Source of the DNA: Syntrophorhabdaceae bacterium | GTDB taxonomy: Bacteria; Desulfobacterota; Syntrophorhabdia; Syntrophorhabdales; Syntrophorhabdaceae | DNA length: 64,000 nt | Assembly (NCBI GenBank): GCA_963665295.1 | Contig: OY762209.1 | Span: forward strand, 832,001 to 896,000 | Direction of reading: 5' to 3' | Shown: positions 8,959-19,131 of the stretch, piece by piece | How positions within the stretch are numbered: the stretch's first letter is position 1 | Layout: every line of letters starts with the position of its first letter | Program-made: the position numbers and the translations under genes | The notes under the pieces: generated by a model | Database searches by the model: none | The model's input: the letters and a program-made list of their open reading frames with translations, nothing else | Told to the model about the DNA's origin: nothing

Positions 8959-11025
8959 ATGACAACGCTTGAATCAGTTATTTTTGCGGTGCTGCTGCTG
9001 ATTTGTCTCGTCATATTTCTAAGGAGGCTCTACACGCTTGTGGCGCTGGTCTCTCTCGGGAAGTGGGAAAACAGATTCGATCATTTGTGGCAGAGGCTCA
9101 ACGGAATGGTGAGTTACGGTTTTTTTCAGAAACGTGTCATCAAAAGACCTTTCGGCCTGAACCACTTCTTCCTCTTCTGGGGTTTTGTGGTGTTGTTTCT
9201 TGTGAACGTGGAGTTTGTCGTGGCCGGTATATTTCCGAAGTTTTCTCTCGATTTTATCGGGGAGGGGCCTTACAGGGCGCTCTTTTCCCTTGCGGATATA
9301 ATGTCGGTGGTAGTGTTGGCCGCTGTGGTAATTGCCGTCGCAAGGAGGACATTTTTCAGGCCTCCCTATATAGAGGCAACCCCTGAAGCCTACGTGATTC
9401 TCTCAGCTGTGGGCATGCTGATGATCGCCTTTTTCGGGATGAATGCGGCGGCGGCGGCCATAAGCCCCGGGTCGCGTGCCTACATGCCGGTCTCTTCGGC
9501 CCTGTCGGTCCTTATCCCTGCGAACACCGGCCACGACACCTTAAGCCTTTTATCGAGAGTGTTCTGGTGGGCACATGCCGCCGTGTTTCTCTTCTTTCTG
9601 GACTTCATTCCCTTCAGCAAACATCTCCATATTCTCGCTTCTCTTCCCAACTGTTTCTTCCGGAGCCTCTCGTTTGTCAGTTCCCTGCCCAGGATGGTCT
9701 TCCGGGCAAACTCTGCGTTCGGGGTCTCCAGGATCAACCAATTCTCCTGGAAAGATCTCCTTGATTTCCTGGCGTGCACTGAGTGCGGGAGATGTCAGTC
9801 CGTCTGTCCCGCCGGCGCGGCGGGCAAGACGCTGAACCCCAGGGAAGTAATTCTCCACGGCAAGAAGAATCTCTTTGACAACGGCAGCAGTTTACTGGCG
9901 TCGAGGCCGTCCGACACATTGGGAAGAGTCGGCGAGACCATCGATGTGAACGTGCCTATCATCGGAAGCGGCGAGGCGACCATCCCTCCTGAGGCCTTGT
10001 GGGCGTGCACCACCTGTGGTGCGTGCATGGACGTATGCCCTGTATTCATAGAGCACACGCCGAAACTCTTGTGGATGAGAAGGCATCTTGTGATGGAGAA
10101 GGTTGAGTTCCCGGGCGAGCTTACTTCTTTCTTCGAAAACATGGAACAGAGGTCGAATCCATGGGGCCTTGCGCCGTCTGACAGGGCGAAGTGGACCCAG
10201 AACCTTTCCGTGCCCCACTTTTCCGAAAAAGAAGGGCATGAGTACCTTCTGTATACCGGGTGCCTGGGGGCGTATGATTCCCGGGCAAAGAAGGTGACGG
10301 TGGCTCTCGTGGAGGTTCTTCGGGACGCCGGCATATCCTTCGGCATTCTCGGCTCCGAGGAAATGTGCTGCGGCGACGCCATGAGAAGGCTGGGCAACGA
10401 GTACATCTTCGACAGGATGGCCCGTGCGAACGTGAGCCTGTTCAGAAAAATAGGGGCCCGCAAGGTCATCACGACATGCCCCCACTGTTACAATACCCTT
10501 AAGAACGACTATCGGGAGTATGGGGCCGACTTCGACGTCTTTCACCACAGCGAGATAATAGACAGAGTCTCTAAGAAAGGCATCTTCAAGGCCAATGACA
10601 AGTTCAAAAACGAGCGCATAGTTATCCATGACTCATGCTATCTTGCCCGCTACAACGACAAAGTTGAGGAACCGCGGCGCGTTATCCGGAGTGTGGCCGG
10701 CAAACCACCCATAGAAATGCGGAACAATGGACGGGACGGGTTTTGCTGTGGCGCCGGCGGAGGAAGGATGTGGCTGGAAGAAACCCCGGACGCCAGAGTG
10801 AACAGGGAGCGCACAAGGCAGGCCCTGAAGGAAAAGCCCACGATTGTGGCGGTGTCCTGTCCGTTCTGCATAACCATGTTCGAGGATGGTCTGAAAGAAG
10901 ACGACGCGGCAGGGACAATAAGGGTAATGGATATCGGGGAGCTTTTTCATGAAGGCATGGCGTGTATGACCGCAAAAGAAACAGAAACGGATAGGATGAA
11001 CCGGAAAGGGGTTGTCAATGGGTGA
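8959..11025 (+). CDS. Membrane-bound FeS oxidoreductase (DUF224/CCG; ETF:menaquinone oxidoreductase-like)
   Basis: N-terminal TM helices with SKHLH; CTECGRCQSVCP and CTTCGACMDVCP; CCG domains (EMCCGD, CPHC, HDSCY, FCCGAGGG, SCPFC). Confidence 0.88.
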   Translation: MTTLESVIFAVLLLICLVIFLRRLYTLVALVSLGKWENRFDHLWQRLNGMVSYGFFQKRVIKRPFGLNHFFLFWGFVVLFLVNVEFVVAGIFPKFSLDFIGEGPYRALFSLADIMSVVVLAAVVIAVARRTFFRPPYIEATPEAYVILSAVGMLMIAFFGMNAAAAAISPGSRAYMPVSSALSVLIPANTGHDTLSLLSRVFWWAHAAVFLFFLDFIPFSKHLHILASLPNCFFRSLSFVSSLPRMVFRANSAFGVSRINQFSWKDLLDFLACTECGRCQSVCPAGAAGKTLNPREVILHGKKNLFDNGSSLLASRPSDTLGRVGETIDVNVPIIGSGEATIPPEALWACTTCGACMDVCPVFIEHTPKLLWMRRHLVMEKVEFPGELTSFFENMEQRSNPWGLAPSDRAKWTQNLSVPHFSEKEGHEYLLYTGCLGAYDSRAKKVTVALVEVLRDAGISFGILGSEEMCCGDAMRRLGNEYIFDRMARANVSLFRKIGARKVITTCPHCYNTLKNDYREYGADFDVFHHSEIIDRVSKKGIFKANDKFKNERIVIHDSCYLARYNDKVEEPRRVIRSVAGKPPIEMRNNGRDGFCCGAGGGRMWLEETPDARVNRERTRQALKEKPTIVAVSCPFCITMFEDGLKEDDAAGTIRVMDIGELFHEGMACMTAKETETDRMNRKGVVNG

Positions 11026-11378
11026 AGATGCCCGGTCCGTGATATGGTCTGCGGTGAAGAATTCTGTGATTCGCGGCGTACCGCAGGTGATCGTCTTCCT
11101 CATCGACAGTGTTATTGCGGGAGAAAAAGCGAGCAACCAGATTTGGCAGTCATCCGGGCTCACGGCGCCTGCATTCCGACGGGGAAGCGGGCAGCCTTTC
11201 CTCCCGGCCTTGAATCGGCTGACAACGGGCCTCGGCCTTCCCCCTGGTCCGGGCTAATGTATCTTCTGTGGTGCTTGCACCTCCCGATTGCGACCTCGCG
11301 GACAGGCCGGAAGAGTCAACGCGGGGTGATGAACGGAAAGAGAAGAAGGATGAAGAATACTATCAGGAGGTAACCGAG

Positions 11379-13109
11379 ATGGCAGAGAGTGTAATTATGC
11401 GCCAACAATCACCTAATGAACCATCGGGAAAGGAGAAGGCGGGCGTTACAGAAACACAGCCGGAACCCGACGGCCGCCTCTCCTTAGGCCACGGATCGGA
11501 AATGATGGAACCGATTTACAGTCCGGGGAACGGCGCGACTATTCCCGACGATTTCATGACCCTCGTGAACAGGGACTACGCTTACGAATTCGCCAGCGAC
11601 GCCTACTGCAGCATCCTCGGGAGAGCCCGGCATCACGTAATCAAGAATTCCATGATGAACGTGTGGGGAGAAGAGACATTCACCACGGTCATAAAGAAGT
11701 GCCTGGACAGATGTTTTGCGGGCGAAGAAGTCCACCAGGAAGGCTGGGTCTATCTCCCCGGCCAGGGACTGAGATACTTTCATGCCTCATATTACCCGTA
11801 TTTTGATGACCAGGGCGGCATCACCCATGCGGTGGCGGGTCTGTATGACAACACGGAGCGTAAAGTCGAGGAGGAGACACTCAAGAAGGGCGAGGCACAC
11901 TTCAGGATGATGCTGAAGCAAATGCATTTCGGCGTGTTCTCATTCGATGCCGAAGGGTGGTTCACTTTTGTAAATGACGTGGTCGTCGAAAGGACAGGAT
12001 ATCCTCGGGAATGGTTCGCGGCAAGAAGCCTGGTCGGTTTCGTGCGCCGTGAGGAAAGGGATGAGGTAAGGCGCCATTTTGAGGCCTCACTGCGAGGAGC
12101 GCTGGTGCCGCCATATGAATTTGCCTACTATGACGCTCAGGGGAACCTTGTCTGGGTTGAGGTCAATACTACCCCGATTCGTGAAGCAGGACAGGTGACG
12201 GGAGTCCTCGGCGTGTTACTCGATATTACGAGACGCAAGAAAGCGGATCAGGCCCTGAAAGAGAGCGAAGAGAAGTTCAGAATGCTCTTCGAAGACTCGA
12301 AGGATGCCATATTTATTGCAAACCGAAAAGGCCTGCTCACTGATGTCAACAGGTCATATCTGGAACTCTTCAGATGCAAACGAGAAGAAGCGATCGGGAC
12401 GGATGTCGTCCACGCGTACGTAAACTCCGGTGATAGGGAGGAGTGCGTGAGGGCAATCGAAGAAAAGGGTTTTGTGAAAGATTTTGAGTTGAAGTTGAAG
12501 AAGAGCAACGGATCGGTCATGGACTGCCTCCTCACCGGAACTGCCCAACGCGACGCTTACGGAACCATCGTGAGGTACCAGGGTATCATAAGGGATGTAA
12601 CGGAGCAGAAAAGAATGGAACAGGCGCTGCTGGACAGCGAACAGAAACTGACGAACATAGTCTGCGGATCGCCGATCCCCCAGTTCGTGATCGACAAGAA
12701 CCACACAGTGACGCATTGGAACAAAGCACTCGAACTGCTGAGCGGGATCAAGGCGGCGGAAGTGGTGGGGACAAAGCGGCACTGGAAGGCGTTCTACCGG
12801 TGCGAAAGGCCCTGCATTGCCGATCTGCTCGTAGATACAGCCCTGGAGGAGGCGCCCAGGTGGTACGAGAATGGGGACCGCAATTCCGAAACAATGGATG
12901 ACGCATACAGAGCCATAGAATTTTTCCGGGAAATTGGAGACAAAGGAAAATGGCTGTATTTCACGGCCGCGGCGCTCAGGGACTCCAAGGGAAAAGTGGT
13001 GGGAGCGCTGGAGACCCTGGAAGATATCACCGACCACAAGCTTGCGGAGGAAGCGGTCAGGAAGGCCGCTGACAATGCAACGGTAATGCTTTCAGTAATT
13101 GATAGATAG
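11379..13109 (+). CDS. Multi-PAS sensor protein without an output domain
   Basis: Four PAS/PAC units ending DNTERK, DITRRK, DVTEQK and DITDHK; start at ATG 11379, after AGGAGG. Confidence 0.8.
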   Translation: MAESVIMRQQSPNEPSGKEKAGVTETQPEPDGRLSLGHGSEMMEPIYSPGNGATIPDDFMTLVNRDYAYEFASDAYCSILGRARHHVIKNSMMNVWGEETFTTVIKKCLDRCFAGEEVHQEGWVYLPGQGLRYFHASYYPYFDDQGGITHAVAGLYDNTERKVEEETLKKGEAHFRMMLKQMHFGVFSFDAEGWFTFVNDVVVERTGYPREWFAARSLVGFVRREERDEVRRHFEASLRGALVPPYEFAYYDAQGNLVWVEVNTTPIREAGQVTGVLGVLLDITRRKKADQALKESEEKFRMLFEDSKDAIFIANRKGLLTDVNRSYLELFRCKREEAIGTDVVHAYVNSGDREECVRAIEEKGFVKDFELKLKKSNGSVMDCLLTGTAQRDAYGTIVRYQGIIRDVTEQKRMEQALLDSEQKLTNIVCGSPIPQFVIDKNHTVTHWNKALELLSGIKAAEVVGTKRHWKAFYRCERPCIADLLVDTALEEAPRWYENGDRNSETMDDAYRAIEFFREIGDKGKWLYFTAAALRDSKGKVVGALETLEDITDHKLAEEAVRKAADNATVMLSVIDR

Positions 13110-13221
13110 AAGGCTGAGCAGAGCGTGCATGATGGGACCTGAGGATCATATTTTTCTTGCAAAAAGAAATAGAAAGTGTCAATGTCACATTAGGGACAGT
13201 CTGTACGTCCGGAGGTAATCC

Positions 13222-14811
13222 ATGGACTCACCTGCGAGTCATGAAGCTGCTTTGGGCAACTTTCAAAATCACGACATCAGCCTGAGCCAGTTCTTTACCG
13301 AGCTTACCCTGAACATTTGCGGGAGCCTCGATATAGAGAAAGCCCTGTGGAAATCCCTCGTATATATCCGCAACGTCATGCCGGCCGATGAGATCGTGCT
13401 TACCTCCTATGACGCGGAACTGGGGGCTCTGGAACTCGTTGCGACCGCAACGGTAGACGGCGGGATCAGTCATTCCGAGAAGATTCATCTGTCGCAAAAG
13501 CAGAGAGAAGAGATCGAGCGGCCGGAGCGCCTGCCGCGGGTCAGAATCGCAGACTCTCTTCATGACAGTTTCTTCCGGCCCGTGGCGAATCGCCTCAATT
13601 GGGAACCCTCAGATATCATGATCGGCAGGCTCATACTGGAGGGCAAGTACATAGGCGCTCTCACCGTTCGGGCCGCAGGGCGGGGGAGATACAGCGAATG
13701 GCACAAAGCCCTCTGGAAGATGCTCAACGAACCTGCTGCGATTGCGCTGGCCAACAGCAAGAGATACAGGGAGTTGGAGAAGCTGAAAGACCGACTTGTC
13801 GACGACAAACGGTATCTTCAAAACGAACTCCGGCGGACGTCCGGGGTGCAGGTGGTAGGAGCTTCATTCGGTCTCAGAAGTGTTATGGAGCAGGTCCGTA
13901 AAGTCGCCACCTTACCCAGCGCGGTTCTGCTGCATGGAGAGACGGGGACGGGCAAAGAGGTAATCGCCAACATGATCCATAGCCTTTCGCAGCGCGCCGA
14001 TGGACCTTTTGTGAAAATAAATTGCGGCGCTATTCCCGAAAGTCTTATGGACAGCGAGCTTTTCGGTCACGAAAAGGGCGCGTTTACGGGAGCACTGACC
14101 CAGAAGCCGGGACGCTTCGAGAGGGCCAACGGGGGCACGATCTTCCTGGATGAAGTAAGCGAGCTGACACTTCAGGCTCAGGTAAGATTGCTTCGCGTAA
14201 TACAGGAAAAGGAGATAGAGCGCATCGGCGGCACGTCCCCCATCAAGACCGATGCGCGGATAATCTCCGCCACAAACCGCGATCTGGAGAAGCTTACCGT
14301 AAGTGGAGAGTTCAGAAAAGATCTTTACTTCCGGCTGAAAGTATTCCCTATTTTTATTCCGCCGCTCAGAGACCGCAAGAATGATATACCTGAGCTGGCA
14401 AAACATTTTGTTTTAAAAAAATCCCAGGAAATGGCCCTTCCCAAAACGCCAATTCTGAGTCCCGGTGCCATCGATACCCTCATGTCCTACGACTGGCCCG
14501 GAAACGTAAGAGAGCTTGAAAACGCGGTGGAGCGGGCCATAATCCTCTCCGGCGGCCTTCCGCTCCAATTCGATGCCATTCTCGGATCTGCCCCGCCGCG
14601 GGCTTATCTTGAGGAACAGGACGGGCCGCTGGCCTTCAAAGACGTGGAGAGGAGCCTTTTCCGTCGCGCCCTCGAAGCGGCACGGGGCAAAATAGAGGGT
14701 CCGGGCGGGGCGGCGGAACTCGTCGGGCTTCCGCCGTGGACTCTGAGGCGGAAGCTCAGGAGGCTGGGCATGGATTTCGGGAGAAAGAAAGGCCCCTTCG
14801 GCCACTGCTGA
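13222..14811 (+). CDS. Sigma54-dependent transcriptional activator (GAF-AAA+-HTH)
   Basis: GETGTGKE, ELFGHEKGAFTGA, FLDEV, FRKDLYFRL, WPGNVRELEN. Confidence 0.95.
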   Translation: MDSPASHEAALGNFQNHDISLSQFFTELTLNICGSLDIEKALWKSLVYIRNVMPADEIVLTSYDAELGALELVATATVDGGISHSEKIHLSQKQREEIERPERLPRVRIADSLHDSFFRPVANRLNWEPSDIMIGRLILEGKYIGALTVRAAGRGRYSEWHKALWKMLNEPAAIALANSKRYRELEKLKDRLVDDKRYLQNELRRTSGVQVVGASFGLRSVMEQVRKVATLPSAVLLHGETGTGKEVIANMIHSLSQRADGPFVKINCGAIPESLMDSELFGHEKGAFTGALTQKPGRFERANGGTIFLDEVSELTLQAQVRLLRVIQEKEIERIGGTSPIKTDARIISATNRDLEKLTVSGEFRKDLYFRLKVFPIFIPPLRDRKNDIPELAKHFVLKKSQEMALPKTPILSPGAIDTLMSYDWPGNVRELENAVERAIILSGGLPLQFDAILGSAPPRAYLEEQDGPLAFKDVERSLFRRALEAARGKIEGPGGAAELVGLPPWTLRRKLRRLGMDFGRKKGPFGHC

Positions 14812-14994
14812 CAAAGAAAAGCAAACTGTCTGGTTCGACCCGAAATAGCCCAAATGTAGACTGTATTGGTGGGGTGGAATCAATTGGGCTGCCTGAGCAA
14901 GCAATCGAGTATTACAACAAGGCCTAGCCCGACTTCGCGGATTCACCCCCTAAAACGACCATTTTCACTTTTTCTGGTAACAGTTTAGTCCCCC

Positions 14995-16515
14995 TCACGG
15001 AGCCCTCGCCCCATTGCGATACAGCGCCGCCTGTGCCGTCATGGTATCCGACACCAGAAGCGTCTCCAGGAACTTCCGTGGATCGTTCCCTTGCCTCATG
15101 GAAGTAATGATGAGACTCGGCAGGATACTGTGGGTCTTCAGTCCCGTTGCCGACCGCGTACCGAACATGAGCTTCCTCATGATCACCAGGAAGCGGATCG
15201 ACTGTTCTGCCTGGTTGTTGGTAGGTGGTACTCCCGGATAGCGAAGGAACGTGAAGAGAAACTTCCGGTCTTTGCCGGTAAGGAAGGTACGGAGCACTTC
15301 CGCCGGCTTATACTTGAGGGGCTTTGCACATATCTTCCCGAGGGTTGCTCTCAATTGCTTCTCGATGCGGGGAGCATCTCCCCACTCTCTCTTTCCCTTA
15401 AGAAGATCCCCGCCCGCGGCGCAGGCATCCGAGAAGAGCCTCCCGACCGCATCACAGAACGCCTCCGCTTTTGTATCTCTTGTCTCCATGAGGACGAGAT
15501 CCCGGGTCAATTCTCCGGCCCTGGTGATAAGGTGGGCAAGGCATGTCTGCCTTTCTCTCGCATGAACTCCGTTATACGCGGCATAGCGGTCGGTGATGAG
15601 CACCCCGTCGAAGTTGTCCCCGAGAAGATGTTGAGCCACTTCTGTCGAGCGGTGCCGGTCGATATGGAAGAGGGCAAGATCGGCGTTTCCCGCATACCAC
15701 GCGTAATGACCGGTCCCGTCGTTCCTCCATGATGTCTCATCGGCATGAACTATTTCCGAGGCGCGTATCTTCTCCCGGAGGTCTTCATAAAGAGGTGTCC
15801 CCCTTTTCGCCGCAGCCCTGTCAAACCCCACTGCCGACGCAGGGACAAAGGGTATACCAAAGACCTCCCTCATAACTTCCTCTACCTTTCGATAGCTCAT
15901 ACCTATCCTGTACCGCAAGTATAAGGCAACGGATTTCGTAACCGGTCCGATAGGAGCATTCGGAAGTTCGTCGGGAGCCGCCTTCACCACAGAACGCCCG
16001 CAACGGCTACAGTATGCTTCCTTATGCACATACCGTCTCACCACCGTGCGGGGTCTTATGACAATGTCTTCCTGCACATGCTCACGGATCCCTTCCCCGG
16101 GGACAAGAGGGCCTGACCCGCAATGGGGGCATCGATCGGGAGCGGGCACGTGAACCGTCGCATCCACGCGGGCAGGCTCGGGCCTGAACCACCCGGGGTG
16201 TCCGACCGGAGCGCCGCGCTTCCTCCCTGCCAAAGAGACCGCATGCTCCGGTTTTTTGTTCGCCTTGAACTGTCTTCGATGCAATGCGGTATTCTTCGCC
16301 TTCAGTTCCTCGTTCTCCTTCTCTAAAAGACGGATACGCTTCATGGTGTCATCCAGCCTGTCCCGGAACACATCGATAATCCGAAGATGCTCTTCGTACA
16401 CCTCATGGGCCCGCTCATATTCTCCAAAGACCCATAGGGTGGAGAGAAAGTTAAGATGGGGGCAATTGTCCTTATAAAGACAATCGTAGCCGTATGGAGG
16501 ATAGACCCTCTTCAC
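14995..16515 (-). CDS. tnpC: IS66-family transposase
   Basis: Coiled coil, KRGAPVGHPG, CPHCG...CSRCG, HADETSW, TDRYAAY, CLAHL, PPTNNQAEQSIR. Confidence 0.92.
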   Translation of the reverse strand: MKRVYPPYGYDCLYKDNCPHLNFLSTLWVFGEYERAHEVYEEHLRIIDVFRDRLDDTMKRIRLLEKENEELKAKNTALHRRQFKANKKPEHAVSLAGRKRGAPVGHPGWFRPEPARVDATVHVPAPDRCPHCGSGPLVPGEGIREHVQEDIVIRPRTVVRRYVHKEAYCSRCGRSVVKAAPDELPNAPIGPVTKSVALYLRYRIGMSYRKVEEVMREVFGIPFVPASAVGFDRAAAKRGTPLYEDLREKIRASEIVHADETSWRNDGTGHYAWYAGNADLALFHIDRHRSTEVAQHLLGDNFDGVLITDRYAAYNGVHARERQTCLAHLITRAGELTRDLVLMETRDTKAEAFCDAVGRLFSDACAAGGDLLKGKREWGDAPRIEKQLRATLGKICAKPLKYKPAEVLRTFLTGKDRKFLFTFLRYPGVPPTNNQAEQSIRFLVIMRKLMFGTRSATGLKTHSILPSLIITSMRQGNDPRKFLETLLVSDTMTAQAALYRNGARAP

Positions 16516-16790
16516 TCGCTCTCCTGTTTCAGTATCTCCCAGTTGATCTTAGAAAGCTTCTGTATGAGAAGCCACATCATCTTGTACCGCTTCGTCATCT
16601 CCTTCGCCTTCTCGGCAATCTGTTTTCTCACATACACGGTTACGGTCTTCCCCTTCACTTTTGTGGTAAGGGAGTGGCCCGTCATGGAAGGGGACTTGGC
16701 CACCGTCCCGATAAGGAAGAAATCCAGCTGTGCGACAATGTCCTCCTTAAGTCTCTCCCGCTGCCTTTTAAGAAGATCGATTTGTTCCAT
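16512..16790 (-). CDS. Small IS66 accessory protein (DUF6788-like)
   Basis: Lies inside the IS termini, overlaps the transposase start by 4 nt; TTKVKGKTVTVYV motif. Confidence 0.7.
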   Translation of the reverse strand: MEQIDLLKRQRERLKEDIVAQLDFFLIGTVAKSPSMTGHSLTTKVKGKTVTVYVRKQIAEKAKEMTKRYKMMWLLIQKLSKINWEILKQESE

Positions 16791-16937
16791 TGAACCCTCC
16801 GACTGAGTAGTAGTACTCCTATTATAATACCATCATGGAACAAGGGAATCAAAGGTGTTGTGCAAATTAGACATAATATTTTGCTGGAAAAAGTTCCGAG
16901 AGGACTAAACTGTTACCAAAGAACCTGGGGGACCATG

Positions 16938-17950
16938 AGGGACGCTCATTAATTAATCAATTCCATTGACATCCGTACCCCTCCCTGATACCATATCTTC
17001 ATGCCGAGAAAAGCTCGCATTGATGTTCCTGGGGCGGTGCATCATCTTATGGTGCGGAGTATCGCCCGAAGCGTCCTCTTCCGTGACGACACAGACAGAA
17101 ATAGATTCATTGACCGCGCTGCAACGGTCTTCACGGAAGGCAAAGCGGGCTGCTACGCCTTCGCCCTTCTTTCAAACCATGTGCATCTCCTTGTCAGGAC
17201 CGGCATTGTTCCTCTATCGACCCTCATGACACGGATCCTGACGGGTTACGCAGTCTCTTTCAACAAACGGCATAAGAGGTACGGCCACCTTTTTCAGAAC
17301 CGCTACAAATCGATCCTCTGCGAGGAAGATCCCTATTTCAACGAGTTGGTCCGTTACATCCATCTGAAGCCGCTCCGGGCGCGCCTTATTCCCGACCTCA
17401 ATACCCTCGACTCCTATCCCTACTCAGGCCATGCAACGCTCATGGGGCGATACGAAAGATCATGGCTCGATACGGACTATGTCCTTTCCCGGTTCGGCTC
17501 GAAAACCCTCTACAGAGCATTTGTGGAGGCAGGCATAAAAGAGGGAAGGCGACATGATCTCACCAGGGCGAATATCAAGGGCGATGAGCGCATCCTGGGG
17601 AGCACGCGTTTTGTCCTTGAAGTAATGAAGTCCGCGGGGGAGGCATGGGAACACACCCAGCGCCTCAAAGTAGAGGGCGTTGATTTCGAGGCTGTCTTAT
17701 CTCACGTGGAGAAGCAGTTCGGTCTTGACCCCGGGGAGCTTCTTCGTCCAGGCAAGTATCCTCGTCGCGTCGCCGCCCGCAGCGTCCTCTGCTATTTTCT
17801 CGTAAGAGAGCTTCACATGACCGCAACAGCAGTGGCCGGGAGGCTGGGTCTAGGTCAGCCCGCAGTAAGCATTGCAGTCGCAAGAGGCGAAGCCCTGGTG
17901 CGAGAGAAAGGCTATAGCATGGCTGATTTGATGGGTTAATGGAGGTCTCT
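16938..17950 (+). mobile_element. RAYT-like Y1 transposase element, copy 1
   Basis: Imperfect inverted ends AGGGACGCTCATTAA and TTAATGGAGGTCTCT; near-identical to 28435-29459. Confidence 0.8.
17001..17939 (+). CDS. REP-associated-type tyrosine (Y1/HUH) transposase
   Basis: MPRKARID, HHLMVR, NHVHLL (HUH), GHLFQNRYKS, VRYIH, C-terminal HTH; 4 aa shorter than copy 2. Confidence 0.88.
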   Translation: MPRKARIDVPGAVHHLMVRSIARSVLFRDDTDRNRFIDRAATVFTEGKAGCYAFALLSNHVHLLVRTGIVPLSTLMTRILTGYAVSFNKRHKRYGHLFQNRYKSILCEEDPYFNELVRYIHLKPLRARLIPDLNTLDSYPYSGHATLMGRYERSWLDTDYVLSRFGSKTLYRAFVEAGIKEGRRHDLTRANIKGDERILGSTRFVLEVMKSAGEAWEHTQRLKVEGVDFEAVLSHVEKQFGLDPGELLRPGKYPRRVAARSVLCYFLVRELHMTATAVAGRLGLGQPAVSIAVARGEALVREKGYSMADLMG

Positions 17951-17981
17951 GTGTCCCCCCCCTTTTGAAGTTAAATTCGCC

Positions 17982-18149
17982 GTCCTTACGCGAATCCCCG
18001 TCTCCAAAAGCACATGGTGGGCCGGAATCCGTGAAGGCCGATTTCCCAAACCGGTCAAATTGAGTACCCGGGCGACGGCATGGCTGGAGGCAGATATTGA
18101 TGCGTTGTGTGAAGCCCTGTGCGCTGAAAGCGGGAACCAAAGAAATTGA
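17982..18149 (+). pseudogene. AlpA-family regulator/excisionase, 5'-truncated
   Basis: Manual translation VLTRIPVSKSTWWAGIREGRFPKPVKLSTRATAWLEADIDALCE...; no in-frame start downstream of the element junction. Confidence 0.8.
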
Positions 18150-18234
18150 CACCACATTGCCATGTGGTATACTTCTCGTTAAGAGATAAGCCATGGAGAA
18201 AAGGCCACCCTCTAAGCCGCAAGGAAGGTGAATT

Positions 18235-18483
18235 ATGTCAACCGCGCAAAGACGTTCAAGTGACCCGATCAAGATCAAGCAGTTTGTTACCAATCCAAAG
18301 GGCCACAGGATCGCCGTCACCATCGATATAAAGGAATATGAGAGATTGGAGAAAATATTGAAGCTCATTCCTTCCTCTGAGGCATGGCTTTATGAGAACT
18401 CCGAGGCCCTGGAAAGCGTCGGGAAAGGGTTGCAGGACGCGGCGCAGGGAAAGGTTTCCAAGCTCAACCTGAAAGACCTGTAG
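18235..18483 (+). CDS. Putative antitoxin
   Basis: IPSSEAWLYENSEALESVGKGLQDAAQGKV; upstream of a RelE-like gene. Confidence 0.65.
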   Translation: MSTAQRRSSDPIKIKQFVTNPKGHRIAVTIDIKEYERLEKILKLIPSSEAWLYENSEALESVGKGLQDAAQGKVSKLNLKDL

Positions 18484-18490
18484 GCCCCTC

Positions 18491-18784
18491 TTGTTCGAAA
18501 TCTACCTTACCGACCACGCAAGGGAACAACTCAACACGCTTAAGGCCGACAAGGGCCTCCTCAAAAGGCATAAGGCAGTCGTGAAGACTATCCGCCTTCT
18601 CGCCGACAACCCCCGTCACCCGGGGCTGTCAACCCATGAATTTACGACTCTCAAAGGCCCCAAGGGTGAGAAGATTTTCGAAGCCTATGCAGAACAAAGG
18701 ACACCGGCTGCCTACCGTATTTTCTGGTACTACGGTCCCGGCGAAGGCCGGATCACCGTCGTTGCCGTTACTCCACACCCGTAG
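18491..18784 (+). CDS. RelE/ParE-like toxin
   Basis: LLADNPRHPGLSTHEF...FEAYAEQRTPAAYRIFWYYGP...ITVVAVTPHP. Confidence 0.7.
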   Translation: MFEIYLTDHAREQLNTLKADKGLLKRHKAVVKTIRLLADNPRHPGLSTHEFTTLKGPKGEKIFEAYAEQRTPAAYRIFWYYGPGEGRITVVAVTPHP

Positions 18785-18870
18785 GCCGGGAAGCACCACT
18801 TGTATGCTCCTTGCTCTGCCGAACGGGTCCGATGTCCTGGACAATCCGTCCGCCAAGACTTATCCCAGGT

Positions 18871-19131
18871 CTATTTTTCGTAAAACAGGTTGCGAAACGC
18901 ACAACATTCTGCTAAATAGGCCAGCCTGAAGGTATCCGTGATGATGTCGGCTCTACTAATATTTGAATCAATTTCGGAGTCCCACTTTTGGCCAGGGACG
19001 ATCTTTCTGTCATGCCACGTTTCGACAAGGTCTTGGCGCTTCAAGATGGCCAAGTGTGTCTCAAGTTCATCCTTATAGATTTCGTCTTTATGAGAGTAGC
19101 TATAGAAAACTCGAAGCTTGGTTATCGTCAT
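18871..19131 (-). pseudogene. Truncated TIR-domain protein
   Basis: RVFYSYSHKDE...ETWHDRKIVPGQKWDSEIDSNISRADII; TIR similarity stops abruptly near 18940. Confidence 0.8.

Larger units (their letters stand above)
14977..16916 (-). mobile_element. IS66-family insertion sequence
   Basis: Terminal inverted repeats GTAACAGTTTAGTCC (14977) and GGACTAAACTGTTAC (to 16916); no 8-bp target duplication (TTTTTCTG versus CAAAGAAC). Confidence 0.88.

Noticed and set aside
11012..11257. Small ORF overlapping the end of the FeS oxidoreductase
   Set aside because: It has a possible RBS but no recognisable motif, so it cannot be supported.
14880..14927. TPR-like peptide IGLPEQAIEYYNKA
   Set aside because: Too short to support a gene or pseudogene call.
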